NCBI RefSeq assembly: GCF_006345805.1
Contig: NC_043012.1
Span: 12,896,001-12,960,000 of the forward strand
Origin: Octopus sinensis
Lineage: Eukaryota
Reading direction: 5' to 3'
Length of the DNA stretch: 64,000 bases
This document shows, one piece after another, positions 1-12,610 of the stretch. Every line of letters starts with the position of its first letter. The first letter of the stretch is position 1. The translations under genes were made by a program, and so were the position numbers. The notes below the pieces were generated by a model. It was not told the origin of the DNA and ran no database searches. It saw only the letters and a list, made by a program, of their open reading frames with translations.

Positions 1-695
1 ATATGTGTGTGTGCATGTTTCTGTGTATGTATACATGTATGTTTTTAAATGTGTATGTATATACATTTCAGTTATACACACAAAACAGCATACACACACG
101 CACACACACTCACACATACTGGTTATCATCCTGATCGATTTCCAAGAATAAATTTTGCCTAAATCGTAGTTATAGACATCTCAAATGTGACTCTACCGCG
201 TAAACATCTCGTATAACCACCCATAGGGATGGAAGCGCCAACATCCATCGTACGATGAAAAATTTTTTTTTTAATTTTTGAAAGTAAGTCGAAGAAAAAA
301 AGCCAAAAACAGATGTAAACAAGATATGTTTTCCTTGTAGGTGTTGTAGGACTTGTAACTATAAAATCTATTTGCGTGAATTTATGAAGTTGATAATAAC
401 CTACTTCTCTATTATCAAATAATAAAACGAGATATCTGAGTAACGTATAAAAAAGTAAACAATCATACTGGGATGAACTTCACCCCAAAATAAATCATTT
501 TGCTGCGACTATGGTTTCCTTATGAATCTCACGCTGTCTCTGAAGCATAGGTGAGAACACACAAACACACGCATAGACACAAATGCACACATATGCACTC
601 ACGTGCACACATAGCTCTAACACAGGCATGCATACACTCTCACAAACACATGCACACAAACAGAGGCACACACACACAGACACACAAACACTATT

Positions 696-800
696 TTCAG
701 TTTCCGTCTAGCAAATCCGCTCTCAAATAATTGCTCGCTCCCAATATTCAGGAGAAGACACTTTTCCAAGTTGACGCGAGATGAGAGACGACCCGAAAAC
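696..800 (-). mobile_element. Decayed tRNA-derived SINE fragment (family A)
   Basis: ttttcagtttccgtctagcaaatcc...agaagacacttttccaag matches the reverse strand of the SINE copies at 32561-32973 and 37333-37757. Confidence 0.6.
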
Positions 801-1320
801 ATGTGACCGGGAAACATACTTCTTATTACAAATCTACACTTGGAAATTATATTTCAAATCAAGATCACCATAGTTTAAATTGTAGAATATAAACACGGCA
901 CCAATAATGCCATTCCTAACGTGTTGTAGATGAATCTTGACCTCCATAACAGAAGGTCCTGATATTTATTTCTCCATTGACTTGCAATCAAGCTGTGTAC
1001 ACATACAAAAGCTATTTCTTTTCCTTCCTTTTAGCACTTAATAGCCACCTCAGCTACCATTCTATTTCTAAACGTTGATATGTTCGCGTCTTTTTTCTCT
1101 GGATTTTTACTATATCAGAATTCTAACCCACCTGAATCTACGTAGGATTGCACCTAGAAACTTGTGCTCTTGTTTCTAAAACATCGGACATTTGAACTAT
1201 GAACTTTTATGCTTCTTTTTTTTTCTTCTTTCTCTCCATCTCCTTTTTCTTTTACTCCCGTTCTCTATGTCGTCATCTCATTAATATATACCATTTTCAT
1301 TTTCCCTATTTTCCCCTGTT

Positions 1321-1376
1321 TGTCTCTGATGACGGAATATCCCATACTCGGGGATATGCCAGAAACAACTGAAAGA
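1321..1376 (+). ncRNA. Degenerate type I hammerhead ribozyme motif
   Basis: CTGATGA (1326-1332); stem II GG-A-ATATCCC/GGGATAT-G-CC; GAAAC (1361-1365); stem I TGTCT/AGAT. Stem III ACAACTGA has lost the U16.1 pairing, so it is probably inactive. Confidence 0.6.
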
Positions 1377-1456
1377 TTGATTTGTTTCCAATAATAGCAT
1401 TGTTTATGGCTTGAGATGTTTGCCCTGCCTTAGCATTTGTTGCCCTCTTTAACAGT

Positions 1457-1598
<142 letters not shown>

Positions 1599-2335
1599 CA
1601 GATATATATATAGAGATATTTTCTTCGCGGGAGAGTTATTGATTTGCCTGTTTACATCTTATGAACAACAGAATATGGTTATAATTTTCTATAGCTCAAA
1701 GATTCCATTCGTCCACTTCAAAACACGTTTTACATATTATGCTTTGCTTTCCTTCAATTATTCTGTATCTCCAAGGGGATCCCTAAAGACATTAAAAGTC
1801 ATTAAAAATATGTAAACAAGTGCTAACGCACCAAAATGCTTGGTGGTTTATACATTGAAGTAAACGTTCTCTCCAGATTTTCTTCAGCACTGTCAGAGTA
1901 CTTTCATTCTCTTTTTTTCATTTGCATTGCTGTCTTTCAAGGTGTTCAATTTTTGCATTAAGAATATATTTCAATTACTTCTACTGGTCGCTATGCCAAC
2001 TAGTAAAGTGCATTTTATTGTCACAGCTCTAAACTCTTTTGATAGCATCTGGGAAGTCAGCCTTTGGGAGGTTAGATAGAGTAAGGGGGAATTCAAGCAT
2101 TAGCTTTAGGATAAAGTAAGGTGTATAGGCGTATGGTGTCTAAGAATTGTGTATGGGGTAGTCGACAAGATAAGAAACAGGATGAGAAGGTAGGGAAAGA
2201 TAACTTTAAAAATAGAGCAAAATGAAAGGAATTTAAAGACTGTAGTCTATATATTTTTGTGATATGTGTCTTCATCCACTTCATGTCATGTTTAATGTTG
2301 ACTATTGAAAAGTACCGCCAGATAGACCAGCAACA

Positions 2336-2640
2336 AGACTGAAGAATTGGATGGTGTGAAAGTTCTACCGCCTCCAGCCTATAATCCAGACGTTGCTCCA
2401 TCTAAATACGGTCAGTTCCGATCAATGCAACACTTTATGAAATGTCATCGATTTGAATCATTCGATGAAATTGAAGAAACCTGAGCAGAATTTTTCGATT
2501 CAAAGCCAAAAGATTGGTATTTTGACAGAATGTTGTGGAAAATGATGGTCTTTATTTTGAATAGTTGTTGTTTTTGAATAAATTCTTGCATAAAAAATCA
2601 TTATTTTAACACTGCGCACGAACTTTTTCTTCAGCCTAGT
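2336..2640 (+). mobile_element. Mariner transposase 3' fragment with right TIR remnant
   Basis: Translates to VLPPPAYNPDVAPSKYGQFRSMQHFM...FFDSKPKDWYF, a degenerate form of the mariner LPHPPYSPDLAPSDYHLFRS motif, with an in-frame stop. Ends in gaactttttcttcagcctagta. Confidence 0.85.
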
Positions 2641-2911
2641 ATTGGTATGCCTGGCAGATACAGTCACATCAATTTCTAAGGATGTTAGGTTGATTAGGTT
2701 TTCAGCAAAAGTAAGAGCGCTTATAAGAATGATGTGTTACAGAGGCGATGTCAAATTGTAACAAAGGATGTGTTTTTCTTTAAGCAGGTAGAACCAGGTG
2801 ATGATCTTGCATGTGCAGGACATTAAGTTTACATTTGGTTTCCTGTAATAGAGGGTATGACTCTGTCTAGTATATTTTCTGATTCGTCCTAAATCCCATT
2901 TGGTGGGGTAG

Positions 2912-3036
<125 letters not shown>

Positions 3037-3964
3037 CTTATTTACATATCTATCTTTCTATCTCTTTCTCTCTCCCACTCTGTCACTGCAGCTAACTCTC
3101 TCTCTCTCTCACTCTCTATCTCTCCTTTCGATGCAGATGAATTTCACTACAATTAAAATAGTTCCGGTCTGCGACGATCTATGCTGTATAGCTTAATATT
3201 GAGTGGTAAGTAATGTTAGGTCGGATATAAAGATAGCTTTGGGTGTTATTACTGCTCCCATCGCTAATACATACATACACACACATATATATATATTGCA
3301 AGTCCTTCAACGGTTGTCTCACGTTAAATTATAATTTTTTTATATACACATTGCACATATCTCAATCAAGCGAGGCAATTCAAACCGGTAGTACACGCAC
3401 ACACACACGCACTCATACTCACAGAAGGCGAAGAAAACACATAACTATATGTTTACACACACATGACACACACACACGCATACACAAAAACGCACATATA
3501 GAGACAAAAATCCATACATGACAGATGCCTGTAGGTAATCACATAAAAGCATATACATAGACACACTCAAACACTCACAAGAAAGGAAGCAGAGGTACAC
3601 ACAGAAATGCACACACACATACACACACACAAACATGCAAGCATATAAGAACACGTGAATATGCAGAATACCTATATACATAAATACACAGAAACGTACA
3701 TGCACGCATATATACATACATAAATACATACATATGTGCATGCCTGCTAGTGTGTGCATGCTGGTGCGCACACACTAGCAGGCAATAGACTCTCAAATAG
3801 ATAAACGGAGAGTAGCTATGGTAACAGACTGTGTGAACATCCAGTGGCAAGTTTTCAAAATGAACGAAAATTTCTGCTAGCCACAACTTTATGTAGACTT
3901 ACACATCTTTCAAAATGTTTCAGGTAATATGTTTATAAGTATATCTAAATGCTCATCTTATGAG

Positions 3965-4012
<48 letters not shown>

Positions 4013-4121
4013 TATATATATATATAAATTTAAAATAATAAGTGTGAAATATAAAATCAGTGGTCTAGCATATAGAAAATTCTGAAGAATCAGAAATATT
4101 TTATTACATAAATACATACAC

Positions 4122-4204
<83 letters not shown>

Positions 4205-4319
4205 GTATGTATTTAAGCGACCATCGATGGTGACCACATATCTCTCCAGCCCTACCTGGTGTATAATCTTTTAAGTACCAGATTCTACTCTTGCCTCTAC
4301 CCCTGCCGCCACCACCACC

Positions 4320-4351
<32 letters not shown>

Positions 4352-4468
4352 CAACAACAATAACAATATCAACAGAAACAACTCCGACATCAATACTAAA
4401 GGAGATGATAATTGAAATTTGAAAATCCCTGGGAAATGCTGTTTACAACATTTCTAGATATAACTCAC

Positions 4469-4621
4469 CGATTACTGCTTTCGCCATGGTCAAAATATAG
4501 GTATCTTGACATGTTCAAGAAACCGTGAGGCCTAAACCAAACACCATTCAAATTAAGTAATTTAATAAAGACACACACTGATTGCTCAGAATACAGTTTG
4601 CAAAATTTAACATTGTGAATC
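4469..4621 (-). other. Candidate spliced exon, 153 nt (second copy 5871-6023)
   Basis: Minus strand: acceptor catttttatag|G and donor AATCG|GTGAGT. One stop-free frame (IHNVKFCK...DHGESSNR) and an ACCATGG context near the 3' end. No recognised homology. Confidence 0.3.
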
Positions 4622-5158
4622 CTATAAAAATGTATTTAAGGCACAGAGTTTAGTCATGTCACTGCATTTGTAAATTGTACAACATATATTTAATATTTTG
4701 ATAATTTAATAGATAAGTGCTTTACCTATGGCTATGATTTGTTTAAACTTTCATTTGTAGCAATGCTGGTGCTGATTTGCACCCTTAATCACATTAGGGA
4801 CAATTGTACTTGTGCCTTTTGGTTTTTAAATTGCTAATAGCTACCTTATTAATTAATAATTTACAAACATACAGCTATATACATGTCATACGATTTTTGG
4901 TCCCGCTTCCTGTATATGCTTTCATTCATGTACATTAATAACAGTGTTAGAGCGGTTTAGCTATTATTTCTAGCAATTTAGGTGTTTCCTAACATCCAGT
5001 CACATTTGTAATTCTCCTTTGTGGTGAAACTTTGCAAAATGCCGTGAAATTAATTTATATAAGCACATAAGCGAATCAGAAATTAATGCAACTGTCTAGA
5101 TGACGAAAACATAAATACTAATGGCGAAACGAGTCCGCGAAGAGTAGAAGTCGAGCTG

Positions 5159-5211
5159 TCTTAACCGATGATGCAACGGAAATTGCCGAAACTAACGTGT
5201 CAGTATTAAGA
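5159..5211 (+). ncRNA. Hammerhead-like variant motif (duplicated at 6561-6613)
   Basis: CCGATGA, T, GCAA-cggaaa-TTGC, C, GAAAC, TAACGT, GTC. TCTTAA/TTAAGA could form stem I only with a 4-nt bulge. Confidence 0.4.
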
Positions 5212-5552
5212 ATACCTGATCGGCACTTTTCGGACGATTATGGTCCTTGTTAACTACAGCATTAGATCGGTTTATCTATTATTTATAGGCATGTAGGTGT
5301 TTAATAACACACTAGTAGCATTTAGGGACGATTGTTATTCTCCTTTTTCGTGAAACATTTCAAAATTCTCCGGCATCTCATCAGTAATGAAGACAAACTG
5401 CTAAGATATAAAAGGTTGAATAAAAGAAAATTACTGCAATAGACATGGTGAAAGTCATTAAAAATATGTAAACAAGTACTAACGCACTTCATAGAATCCG
5501 CATATACATACATATACACCCACACATACATGTACGCACACCCATGATTGTG

Positions 5553-5588
<36 letters not shown>

Positions 5589-5721
5589 ATATATGTATGT
5601 ATGTATGTATGTATTTAAGCGACCATCGATGGTGACCACATATCTCTCCAGCCCTACCTGGTGTATAATCTTTTAAGTACCAGATTCTACTCTTGCCTCT
5701 ACCCCTGCCGCCACCACCACC

Positions 5722-5753
<32 letters not shown>

Positions 5754-7309
5754 CAACAACAATAACAATATCAACAGAAACAACTCCGACATCAATACTA
5801 AAGGAGATGATAATTGAAATTTGAAAATCCCTGGGAAATGCTGTTTACAACATTTCTAGATATAACTCACCGATTACTGCTTTCGCCATGGTCAAAATAT
5901 AGGTATCTTGACATGTTCAAGAAACCGTGAGGCCTAAACCAAACACCATTCAAATTAAGTAATTTAATAAAGACACACACTGATTGCTCAGAATACAGTT
6001 TGCAAAATTTAACATTGTGAATCCTATAAAAATGTATTAAGGCACAGAGTTTAGTCATGTCACTGCATTTGTAAATTGTACAACATATATTTAATATTTT
6101 GATAATTTAATAGATAAGTGCTTTACCTATGCTATGATTTGTTTAAACTTTCATTTGTAGCAATGCTGGTGCTGATTTGCACCCTTAATCACATTAGGGA
6201 CAATTGTACTTGTGCCTTTTGGTTTTTAAATTGCTAATAGCTACCTTATTAATTAATAATTTACAAACATACAGCTATATACATGTCATACGATTTTTGG
6301 TCCCGCTTCCTGTATATGCTTTCATTCATGTACATTAATAACAGTGTTAGAGCGGTTTAGCTATTATTTCTAGCAATTTAGGTGTTTCCTAACATTCCAG
6401 TCACATTTGTAATTCTCCTTTGTGGTGAAACTTTGCAAAATGCCGTGAAAATTAATTTATATAAGCACATAAGCGAATCAGAAATTAATGCAACTGTCTA
6501 GATGACGAAAACATAAATACTAATGGCGAAACGAGTCCGCGAAGAGTAGAAGTCGAGCTGTCTTAACCGATGATGCAACGGAAATTGCCGAAACTAACGT
6601 GTCAGTATTAAGAATACCTGATCGGCACTTTTCGGACGATTATGGTCCTTGTTAACTACAGCATTAGATCGGTTTATCTATTATTTATAGGCATGTAGGT
6701 GTTTAATACACACTAGTAGCATTTAGGGACGATTGTTATTCTCCTTTTTCGTGAAACATTTCAAAATTCTCCGGCATCTCATCAGTAATGAAGACAAACT
6801 GCTAAGATATAAAAGGTTGAATAAAAGAAAATTACTGTACTAGCAATAGACATGGTGAAAGTCATTAAAAATATGTAAACAAGTACTAACGCACTTCATA
6901 GAATCCGCATATACATACATATACACCCACACATACATGTACGCACACCCATGATTGTGTATATATATATATATATATTTATATACATACTCACACACGC
7001 GTGTACATATACATGCAAACACACATATATACATATATATGTCTACGCAGACACCCGGATATCCAAAACGTAGTTTATACGCACATGCATATACATACGC
7101 CGAAAAACTATATACAAATAAAAACACATACACAAAAACGCACGCATGATTACGTTAATATACACATCTCTATACACACATACACATACATACGCGAATA
7201 TAAAAACTGTGAGCCTTATTCTGATAACCAACTAATTGTCACATATTATATTTATATATATATTCCACTATTTTATATAATATCGAGGTCTCATTCGTTC
7301 TTTTGTTGT

Positions 7310-7311
7310 CA

Positions 7312-7375
<64 letters not shown>

Positions 7376-7382
7376 TATTATA

Positions 7383-7432
<50 letters not shown>

Positions 7433-7464
7433 TATTATTATTATTTTTATTATTATTATTATTA
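7310..7464 (+). repeat. (ATT/ATC)n microsatellite
   Basis: Direct reading. Confidence 0.95.
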
Positions 7465-8078
7465 TCAATATATATATATATATAAACACTGTGAGTGTGT
7501 GTCTACAGCTACAGATAATAAATTCTGCGATTGACATTATATATTTATACAAATTTCATCTTCATAGAAACTTCAGATACTGCACCGACGGAACTGTATT
7601 GCGTAGCATCTAAAATTCATAAGGTCATGTGAAAGCGAGATCCTTATGGACTTAAAGTCCCCAAAAATATTTATATTTACACTGTATCCTATGCGTTGAT
7701 CGGAAATATTCATAAAAAATGTATTCGGCTATCATATATATCCTACGATGACTGTTAAAAAATGTAAGCTACGATGAAAAGTAGGTGTGTACCATAAACC
7801 ATTTGGTTTGAAGATCGGAAACAAGTAGCATTTATGATTTATAGGTATGTATTTGGCAATATATTTATCTATCTGGTTATTTTTCGGTTTATCTCACTGT
7901 CTATCTGTGTATACATACACAGCATTGAAATGCACGTTATTTTCATCAGCCAATTTCTGTGTTGCATCCACGTGATATTTCATTTTTTTAAATATATCAT
8001 CAGTTTTCCTCACAGCTTGTGATATCTATATCTATCTTTCTATCTACCTACCTACCTACCTATCTATCTATCTATTTT

Positions 8079-8119
<41 letters not shown>

Positions 8120-8300
8120 ATCTATAAATCTATCTATCTATTTATATATATACATATATACATATATTTATATATATAAATATATATACCTATCTATGTG
8201 TCTGCCTATTTATCTATCTATTTATCTGTCTGTCTATCTAGCTATCGATCGATTGTTCTATCTATCTATCTATATATATCTATCTATCTACCAACTTACC

Positions 8301-8350
<50 letters not shown>

Positions 8351-9216
8351 ATATATATGTATATGTATAAGTACGTGTGTGTGTGAATGTGAGTTTATCG
8401 GTATATAGATATACATATCTATGTTCATATATATGTTTGTAAGCTTGCGAGTGCGTGAGTGTATACAGATATTTACAGATTTCGATTTCGTTGCCTATTC
8501 TTCATTCTATAAGTCAATTGTATATCCGCCAAAACATCCAAAAACAGGCAACCTGTTACAGACTCTTGCTCCAGTCTAAATTTTTTTTAACCAATCTATA
8601 TACCATACCTTCCAACCCTTTAATTCTATGAATTTGTTCTTGTGACAATCCTCCACTCAAGCAATGCAAAACTTGTTGAATTCAATCTTCGTGAGTTATT
8701 AAAACTTATTAAAACTTCAGAGGTTCTTAGAATTTTGGTCGAAATAATGCTTTGCTTTCGTTTGTTTAATAAAAATTCCTTCTCCAAATAATTTTGCTCT
8801 GATTTTGTGGTAGATATTATGCAGAAATGGCGCTTTCTAAATCATTTTTTCTCTTTATGTAAAATTGAATAAACTTTAAACCTCAGTAACATTTTTCAGT
8901 AAATAACAAAATCGAATTTAATGTAGAAAATCATTACAATATAACAAATTGGAACATTTTGAGTTAATTTCAAAATTTCACAATATGTGACAGCATCATA
9001 GAAGACTAAAGAAAAGTAGAGAGAGAGAGAGAGAGAGACAGTTATAAACACACGCTCTGAAACAGATAAACACATACATTTAGAAACGTACATACAAATA
9101 ATATGTGCAAAGAGAACTTATGTATGTATAATAGACGCATGTATGTATGTCATTATTTCAATTTATTTCGAGATCTCTTGCCAATAGAGGAAGAACTGGT
9201 TTCTAACCTAGATATG

Positions 9217-9308
<92 letters not shown>

Positions 9309-11428
9309 ATGCCTGTGCCCGAGTGCTTCTTTGTAATGGACAGCAGAAAATCCACCTACCTTCGCCTTCTTGAAGCTACGTATTCCTCACACCCACCATC
9401 CTTTCCCTTCCTCGGCGTTTTAGAAGTTAGTTATTTGTTTATACACGTGTGTGTGTTTGTGTATGCATGCATGTATCCATGTATTTACAAAGATATGTAT
9501 GCAGCGGCGTGTATGCCCATGAATGACAGCTGTATTAACGTTTACCATCCTAATGCCACTCCATATTTGTCGATATATCACAACGCTGTTTTCCCTTCCC
9601 TGATATCACACACACTTACTATGCCACCATATTTCTCACACACTAGCACTCTTTGCACCCTTCCCATTTTATCAGATAATTTCCCAACACCCCTAGGGGT
9701 CTCATTATAGATTTTTATTTTGATCCAATTAGCCTATAATTGAACTGGAGTCTAGTTTAAGCTGTATGCAACATTTTATCAAGATTGGTTACCTGTTAAC
9801 ATCTAGGCAGCAAGGTGATACAGTTAGATGAACAGGCAGAAGTTGACGCTTATGTATTAACTCTGATTAACAATATCCATTCTCATAATACATTTATCTT
9901 AATATCAACTGAAATGGTATATGTTGATATCAATATATGTATACGTGTGTGTGATGTTACATATATATATATGACATCACACACACATATACATATATAT
10001 TGTTTTATTCATTTCTGTATTTCAGCCAGGTGGCTGTGGTCATACTAGAGCACCACCATCCACACACACACACACACATATATGCACATAAATTCTTTAA
10101 TATATGCACACGCATATACAAAGTCATTCGATACATCACAAATAGTCAGTTAACAATAGTATAAGCAGGTGAAATATTTCTCATTCTATATCTACTGCAG
10201 ATTACACATTATCAATCTCTAAATAAATTCCATTTCATTATTATGAATTCTAGGATATCATCGCCACATATTCGAAACCATTGTAGGTTCGTGCAAGAAC
10301 AGCTACTTTCCTAGTAACGTGAATCATAAAGCCTTGCTTTTATGCGATTATATTTGCTGTTAATTCATGCATAAAAATCGTCCATTATTCTGACACTTAT
10401 GGAATGTCATTTCGTGTGGTTTAATACAGATTATCTCCATGTCGCAGACCTCTGATTAAAATCATTTCGTTAGCGACTAAATCTTTGATGAGGATTACGT
10501 TATTCAATATGACCTTCCCATTATTTAAGAATATAGGTTGTGATAGGCGGACGAAACGACTGCTCTTATCGCAGTTTTAATGACTGCATATACGACTCAG
10601 ATTTGATTATATGCGAATTTGCTATTGCTGTTCCTTTTTAACAATATCAGTTAGGAAGAGGGAATTCACTAACTTATATTACCTGCAGAGTAAATCATAC
10701 CGAAAGAATTATTTAACAATATTTATTTGAAATTAATCATCTTAGATTAGCGCCTGTTGAACAGAGTAATACTAATACCGACTCCATTAAATCTACTTAC
10801 CGTTAAAGTATATATGTATAAAATTGCCTAGTTTAGGACCGCATTTATGTTAAGTTGTTGTGGCTTGTTCATTCATTTATTCTGTGTTCGGTTATAACCA
10901 AAAGTCTTTATTTCTAGATGATGATAATTAACTTCCTTAACGATGGGCCTAATGCATTATTGAACGTTAATCGCGATAAATACTATATGAAATTACTCAT
11001 CAGAATGAGAAAATTGTCATATAATTTTCTAAATGGATTTAAATCGGAATTTAAATGGAGCATCATTTACACGGGAGTTCATTTCTTGGGTCATATATTC
11101 GATTCTTCATCGTTTTTAATTGACATATATTATCATTGCCCTGATATGTTTGTAATTAGTTAACGTATTGAGGGTTTCTAACAATTATGACAGGTAATTA
11201 AATTTGGAACGATTTGCTCCTAAACTTTTACTTAACAGGAGATAATTGTTCTAACTTGGGTATAATATGCAGAGGTAAATACAATATAATTATACCTGAA
11301 TTTCACTAATATAGGTTTCGGTCAGAGGCAGTTAATTACATATAAAACAAGAAAAGGAGAATATCTGAATCAAATAGAGCATCAATAATAATAACAATAA
11401 TAACAACAACCACAACAACAACAACAAC

Positions 11429-11477
<49 letters not shown>

Positions 11478-11556
11478 GTATTAATAATAATAAAAATGAT
11501 AATAATGATAATAATAAAAATAATAATAAAAATAATAATGATAATAATAATAATAA

Positions 11557-11787
11557 TTGGGAACTGCTCATATCCTACGCAAAATACTCTCTACGTAATC
11601 CCAAGGTTTAAAACAGACTTTTTTTTTAAATTTATTTATTAGACATTCACTAGTACCACACCAAAAAAAACCCCAAATGTATGGCACACTAGGCATAACA
11701 ACAACGTGAACTTCCAACTTGTTGTCTCTTGAGGTCTCTGGGTGAGACTTGGAGCCAACTTTTACAGGCATAAAGCAAAAGTGAAAC

Positions 11788-11788
<1 letters not shown>
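11557..11788 (+). mobile_element. 5'-truncated 3' end of an R4/Dong-type (RLE) non-LTR retrotransposon in a (TAA)n array
   Basis: Starts with codons for LGTAHILRKILST*, the typical C-terminus of R4-clade ORFs, then ~190 nt of 3' UTR. Both flanks are (TAA)n. Confidence 0.75.
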
Positions 11789-11860
<72 letters not shown>

Positions 11861-11861
<1 letters not shown>

Positions 11862-12415
11862 GCCCTGATGCAGTACCAGGCAGTGGCTCTCATGGCTTCT
11901 GATCTTAACTGATTGGAAGTGTTATCATGTACATTGTTTTGTCTTGGTATAAAAGATGGGCTACAGCAAATATTCTGCTCAATACCACAGATTTGCTTGT
12001 CAGTTGTTTGACCTTAACCAGTTGAGCATGTCCCTTAGTGGCTGACGATATGTGCATCTCTGATCACGAGCAGAAGTAGTGGGGGAGCATCATAGCCATG
12101 TGTTGAGAGGGATTCTTTGGGGTTTGAATAATTCACCTCTGGAAACATGGGTGGTTCTTTCAACATCCTTAAACAACCCTTATTCAGGGACCTTTTGAGC
12201 GGGATGGGCTACTCAACCTGAAGAAAATTCTAACTGGGCCCCACCTGCAAGGTCATGTGCTGTTTATCTTGATATGAAATCACCATGTCGCGCACATATG
12301 GTTGTGATGCATGTGCCTGGTGTACCTTTATCAGACGGGTAGTCATGATGGGTATATTGGGCTTCGTATATTTTACCCCAGTGTCACTTTGATGGCATGC
12401 ACTGCTCTCTCACTC

Positions 12416-12416
<1 letters not shown>
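11861..12416 (+). mobile_element. Non-coding retroposon tail (probable LINE 3' UTR) embedded in (TAA)n
   Basis: Same sequence family occurs inverted at 45747-47114. All copies end ...ctctctcactca(ATA)n and are flanked by TAA repeats. Confidence 0.8.
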
Positions 12417-12477
<61 letters not shown>

Positions 12478-12551
12478 TAATAATAATAATAATAGTAATA
12501 ATAATAATAATAATAATAATATAATAATAATTATAATAATAATAATAATAT

Positions 12552-12610
<59 letters not shown>

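Larger units (their letters stand above)
4191..6959. repeat. Tandem duplication of a ~1.4-kb unit (4191-5552 and 5593-6959) bounded by (AT)n
   Basis: Near-identical copies; offset 1402 at the start and 1407 at the end. Differences seen are five 1-bp indels and one 6-bp insertion. Confidence 0.97.

Noticed and set aside
5094-5140. CTAGATGA...GAAACGAGTC as another hammerhead
   Set aside because: The core has an insertion, stem II is only 3 bp and out of register, and no stem I can form.
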